From the human T2T-CHM13v2.0 reference genome, Homo sapiens, in NCBI RefSeq assembly GCF_009914755.1, contig NC_060930.1: a stretch of DNA of 64,000 nt; one strand, given 5' to 3'. Shown piece after piece: positions 59,357-64,000 of the stretch; positions within the stretch are counted from its first letter, which is position 1; every line of letters begins with the position of its first letter. The notes under the pieces are model-generated. The model did not search any database. It was not told where the DNA came from and saw only the letters and a list, made by a program, of their open reading frames with translations. Position numbers and translations under genes: made by a program.

Positions 59357-59619
59357 TAGACTTTTGAAAGTAAAATGTTACTCTATATAGCCTTACTTAT
59401 TCATTCAAAAAATATTTATTGACTAAGTATTATGTGCCTGAACATAGGCTGAACAATACAGGCAAAGACGAACAAGAAGTTGATTCATGAATGTACCATG
59501 TTCCTATAAAGATAAAAAGGCAAAAGTCAGTAACAAAAACCCACATTGTAACCTAAGAATAATATGATCCTGAGAAAATCTTCAAAGAAGAAAGCTTCCT
59601 AAAATAACCTTTATACTAA

Positions 59620-59622
<3 letters not shown>

Positions 59623-59662
<40 letters not shown>
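59623..59662 (+). repeat. (TA)n microsatellite, about 20 units
   Basis: Read directly from the sequence. Confidence 0.95.
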
Positions 59663-59665
<3 letters not shown>

Positions 59666-59666
<1 letters not shown>

Positions 59667-59936
59667 TTGAGACAGAGTATCACTCTGTCACCCAGGCTGG
59701 AGTGTAGTGGCACAATCACAGCTCACTGCAACCTCTACATCCTAGGCTCGAGCGATCCTCCCACCTCAGCCTCCTGAATAGCTGGGACTACAGGCATACA
59801 CCACCACATCCAGCTAATTTTTTCTATTTTTTGTAGAAACGAGGTTTTTGCCATATTGCCCAGGCTCATCCCAAACTCCTGGGCTCAAGCGATCTGCTCA
59901 CCTCAGGATTATAGGTGTGAGCTACCGCACCCAGCC
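59666..59936 (-). mobile_element. Alu (AluJ-like)
   Basis: Reverse Alu with a left-arm deletion. Confidence 0.92.
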
Positions 59937-59945
59937 CTCTATTTT

Positions 59946-60133
59946 TTTTTTTTTTTTTTTTGGAGCAACATGGCTGTTTATTTCACCTGGGTGCAGGTGG
60001 GCTGAGTCTGAAAAAAGAGTCAGCAAGGGTGGTGGGATTATCATTAGTTCTTATAGGTTTTGGGATAGGCGGTGGAGTTAAGAGCAATGTTTTGGGGGCA
60101 GTGGGTGGATCTCACAAAGTGCATTCTCAAGGG
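59946..60133 (-). mobile_element. Polyadenylated HERV-H LTR7-family (LTR7B-like) U3/R fragment, an L1-mediated processed retrocopy
   Basis: gagcaacatggctgtttatttcacctgggtgcagg...gagtcagc matches antisense LTR7; poly-T at 59942-59961; 17-bp TSD acccagccctctatttt. Confidence 0.88.
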
Positions 60134-60712
60134 ACCCAGCCCTCTATTTTCAAAGAATAGGTTCTATCTAATATTATCATGGTAAATATCCATATTAGTT
60201 TAAGAGAGAAATGAAAATAATTTTTGAATCCTGTTCTTACAGACATCAAAGAAAGCAGGACAGAATGCACATTGCACTATTCAATTTGTTGATTTGTCCT
60301 CTGTCATCTTGTGGAGAGTGATAGAGTATTTTTTAATTTCTTCAATTAGGATAGTCCAATTGCAATAAGGTGGCATAAACATGCTGTCTCATGCTTAAAT
60401 AGTAAAGACTAGTCAGCAGTCAGTTATATATATAATTGTCACCAGTCTACAATTTTTTTTCCTTATAGAAACAACAAACATAAGGCCATTTAGTACTAGT
60501 AAATCCTATCATAAATCTCAAGGCACATGCCATCTTATATATTAATTAGCTCTCTCTTTGGGCCATAACAACTAAAAGAAAATGCAAAAGATTTTCTAAA
60601 TAAAGCTCTTACATGAGGTATTATTTATGAAAATGATCAAGTCCTTAATTCACATATATTCAGTGAATGTAATTAATGGTATTATTTGTTAATTTATTGA
60701 TTCAATAAATAC

Positions 60713-61396
60713 TACTAAGGTCTCATTTTTGTGTTCCCTAAAATTCATATGTTGAAATCCTCACCCCCCAAGGTGATAATATTACGAGGTGAGGGCTTTG
60801 GGAAGTGATTAGGTTAGGAGGGTGGAACCCTCATGAATGGGATTAGTGCCCTTATAAAACACTCCAGGCCAGGCACTGTGGCTCACGCCTGTAATCCCAG
60901 CACTTTGGGAGGCTGAGGTGGGTGGACCATCTGAGGTCAGGAGTTCCAGACCAGGCTGGTCAATGTGTCGAAACCCTGTCTCTACTGAACATAGAAAAAT
61001 TAGCCAGGCATGGTGGCACAGGCCTGTAATCCCAGCTACTCGAGAGGCTGAGGCATGAGAATGGCTTGAGCTGGGAGGCAGATGTTGCAGTGAGCTGAGA
61101 TTGCACCACTGCACTCCAGCCTGGGTGACAGAGCAAGACTCTGTCTCAAAACAAAACGAAACAAAACAAAAAACCAGAGAGAAGCTCCAGAGAGGAGAGA
61201 TCCCTCTCCTTTTTTGCCCCATGCGATAACAGAGAAAAGACAGCTATTTATGAGGAAGTGGGCCCTCACAAACACTGAATCTGCTGGTGCCTTGATCATG
61301 CACCTTCTAGCTTCCACAACTGTGAGAAAATACATTGCTGATGTTTATATGCCACCTCGCTTATGGGAGATTATGGCAGCCAGAACTGAATAGGAC
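60713..61396 (+). mobile_element. MLT1A-like (MaLR) LTR split by an Alu
   Basis: ccctaaaattcatatgttgaaatcct...cctcatgaatgggattagtgcccttataaaa / gaatctgctggtgccttgatc...taggaca. Confidence 0.82.
60867..61173 (+). mobile_element. Alu (AluS-like)
   Basis: Full dimer with (CAAAA) tail. Confidence 0.95.
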
Positions 61397-63077
61397 AAAT
61401 ACTTGTAGAGCACCTATTACATGTGAGCACTACGGGCACAAGAATAAAGAAAATAGACCCTAACTTTAAAAAAAAAAAAAAAAAAAAACGAACAGTCAGC
61501 CAGGAGGCTGGCCACTAAAATGCAAGAGTGCATGCAGCAGGCACTGTGGGAAGACAGAAGAGTAGATCCCAGGTGTCTGGGCAGGGCTGTGTGGAGGACA
61601 GAAGGTTCTCAGAGCTGTCCTGCAGGATGCCACGCAGCCTGGGAAGAAGCCAGGAGCCTGGGGGAATTGTTCTCGCATCCCAAATCAGTGGTTCCAGCAA
61701 CTGTCAACACAATAAAACTACAGAACTTGAAAGGGGAAAATGGGAAAATAAGCACAGAAGGACAGATGTGCACCAGGGTGAGGAGATCCCAACCTCTTTA
61801 TTAGAGAAAAGACCGGCAACCCTGCGGCTGGGGCTGGTCACAGAAAGGGGGCCTTGTGAGAGGGGCTGCGATGAGGCAGATGGATGCCAAACCTCAAAAG
61901 GCTTTGCTGCTGTGCTAGCAAATTTAGTTTCCTCCCACAGCTGGTCAGGAGCCCAGTGAACTCTAAGCAGGAAACTGCACTGATCAGAAGGTAATTTCAT
62001 AGTAACTACTCCGACAGCACAGAGAAGCGATGGAGAAGGAAGGGAAGAAGGGAAAGCCACTGAATGGCCCACTTGAGACCAGAAAAGGTCAAAAGTTTGA
62101 GGCAGATATAACGCATTTGGGGAGGACTGGGCATTCTCCTAACCAGACAGCAATCCTGCCGAAAATTAAAATGAGTAGAGTGTCTGTTCACCAACCAAAT
62201 ATTAGAAAAAGGAAACAACATAATCTTGAAATGAACTCTGCAGCCTTTTAAAATTTAAAATCCATGACCCTACAGAAAGTTATGCAAATATTTTTTGTTT
62301 CTAATTTTAGCAGAGAACAACACTGTCAGTCTGGAGTAAGTGACAAAAATAAGAAAGGGAAGTCTATCCTGATGCCCAGCCAGGGAAAAATGGGAAGAAA
62401 GAGAAGAGAAGAGAAGAGACAGAGAGGTAAATGGGAAGGGAGAGGGTATGGGAATGAGCACACAGAAAACAGAGCTCCTGACTTTGTACGGTTAAAGCTG
62501 TAAATGTTTTGTTCACCAAGTAGAGGAATCCATGCTTTTTCCAAATATAGACAGTACATTTGATAGGATACACAGCCAAGAGCTGTCTGCCCATGCTTGC
62601 ACATGACCCTCAGGTGTTCCATGGACAAAGATTAGGGAGAGAGGGTGGCTCATGTGCCTCAACTGGTTCAGCAATGGGCAGCATCAGAAATAAGACAGTG
62701 AGTGTGTGAGGGTAAGGGGGGAAGAGAGCTTAGTTCAAGAAAAGTATAAAAAGAAAAATAAACTCCTAGTTGAGTTTCTAAAGCCAAGTGGAATTAAACA
62801 GGGTAAAGCACCGAGGGAAATTATACCAGGGAAAGTACACTTCCTGTCCTCTGTCTTTATCTGGAAACTATAATGCTTGCTGCAAGCTCCTCTAGGGACA
62901 GGCAGGTTGCAGGTGAATTAAAGCAGTCCACAAACCACATGCCAATGTCTGCATTGCCCCTGGGGAAAGTCCTCTCCCCCTTCCTCCTCCCAGTCTCCTG
63001 GAGGTTTCTAGCACCATTGCTACCCTTGTACTCTCTGTGAATCCACCCCTTCATTGCCTTGCCCTCTTCACAGCTAG

Positions 63078-63414
<337 letters not shown>

Positions 63415-63880
63415 TAAAAGGTAACCATCTCTGTTTTCCTGCATAACTAGTCATCTAAGATGAAGTCTTGGATGAGTAAACAGGATTTTTACAAGATTGT
63501 TCATTGCCTTCTCTACTTCAAACATCAGCAGGGTAGATCTTTAGCTGTCTTGTCTCTGTTCAACCATTTAATCTCAATATGCCCAAAGATGTGGGGAAAC
63601 AGGTCAGTTTACAAGCATATGCTCTTCTGACTGGTTAGCAAAAAGTCTCAGGTGCAGTATTCTGACAGTGTGTTTTCTACCCACCCTATCTATAGAAACT
63701 GAAAATTTACAGAGGGAAAAAAAAGTTTTCACGCAAAGCTTATTCTTGCTGAATCTATTCAGGTACCTTCTATTTTGAATTTCAATTGCTACTTTTTCAA
63801 AATCTGATGACTGTTCTCAAGGCCTCAGTTTCCCTCTATGACTTGGCTATCTGATGGATGCAAAACAGGCACAGAGCTAC

Positions 63881-64000
63881 TGCTGTGGTTTGAACAGTTG
63901 TCCCCTCCAAGTGTCATGGTGAAATTTAATCTCCAATATGGGCGTATTGAGAGGTGGGGCCTCTAGGAGGTGACTGGGTCATGATGGCTCTGCTCTCATG
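63881..64000 (+). mobile_element. MST-like (MaLR) LTR 5' end, cut by the window edge
   Basis: tgctgtggtttgaa...tcccctccaa...gaaatttaatctccaat...gaggtggggcctctaggaggtgactgggtcatga. Confidence 0.75.

Overview
Human (primate) genomic DNA lying entirely inside the minus-strand gene MAP3K5 (ASK1). Two coding exons are recognisable. One is a 140-nt exon (20606-20745, DIAVVEMSDAFRQPSLFYHLGVRESFSMANNIILYCDTNSDSLQSLK). The other is a 24-nt microexon (5286-5309, EIICQKNT) that the ORF track misses. The rest is intron: about 43 Alu copies or fragments, old L1M, L2 and MIR pieces, MaLR LTRs (THE1, MLT1, MST), MER5 and a piggyBac MER85. None of the other listed ORFs is a credible protein. I find no wholly new biological system. 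The most notable local structures are: (i) a 187-bp, 94%-identical direct duplication bracketing the in-frame, Cys-containing microexon; (ii) a polyadenylated HERV-H LTR7-type 3' end inserted by L1 machinery, with a 17-bp TSD and in gene-sense orientation; (iii) a MER85 with an intact CSB-PGBD3 binding palindrome; (iv) an Alu carrying a captured 3' splice site; (v) a tandem Alu pair sharing private variants. Repeat family names and boundaries are from recalled consensus sequences and are approximate.
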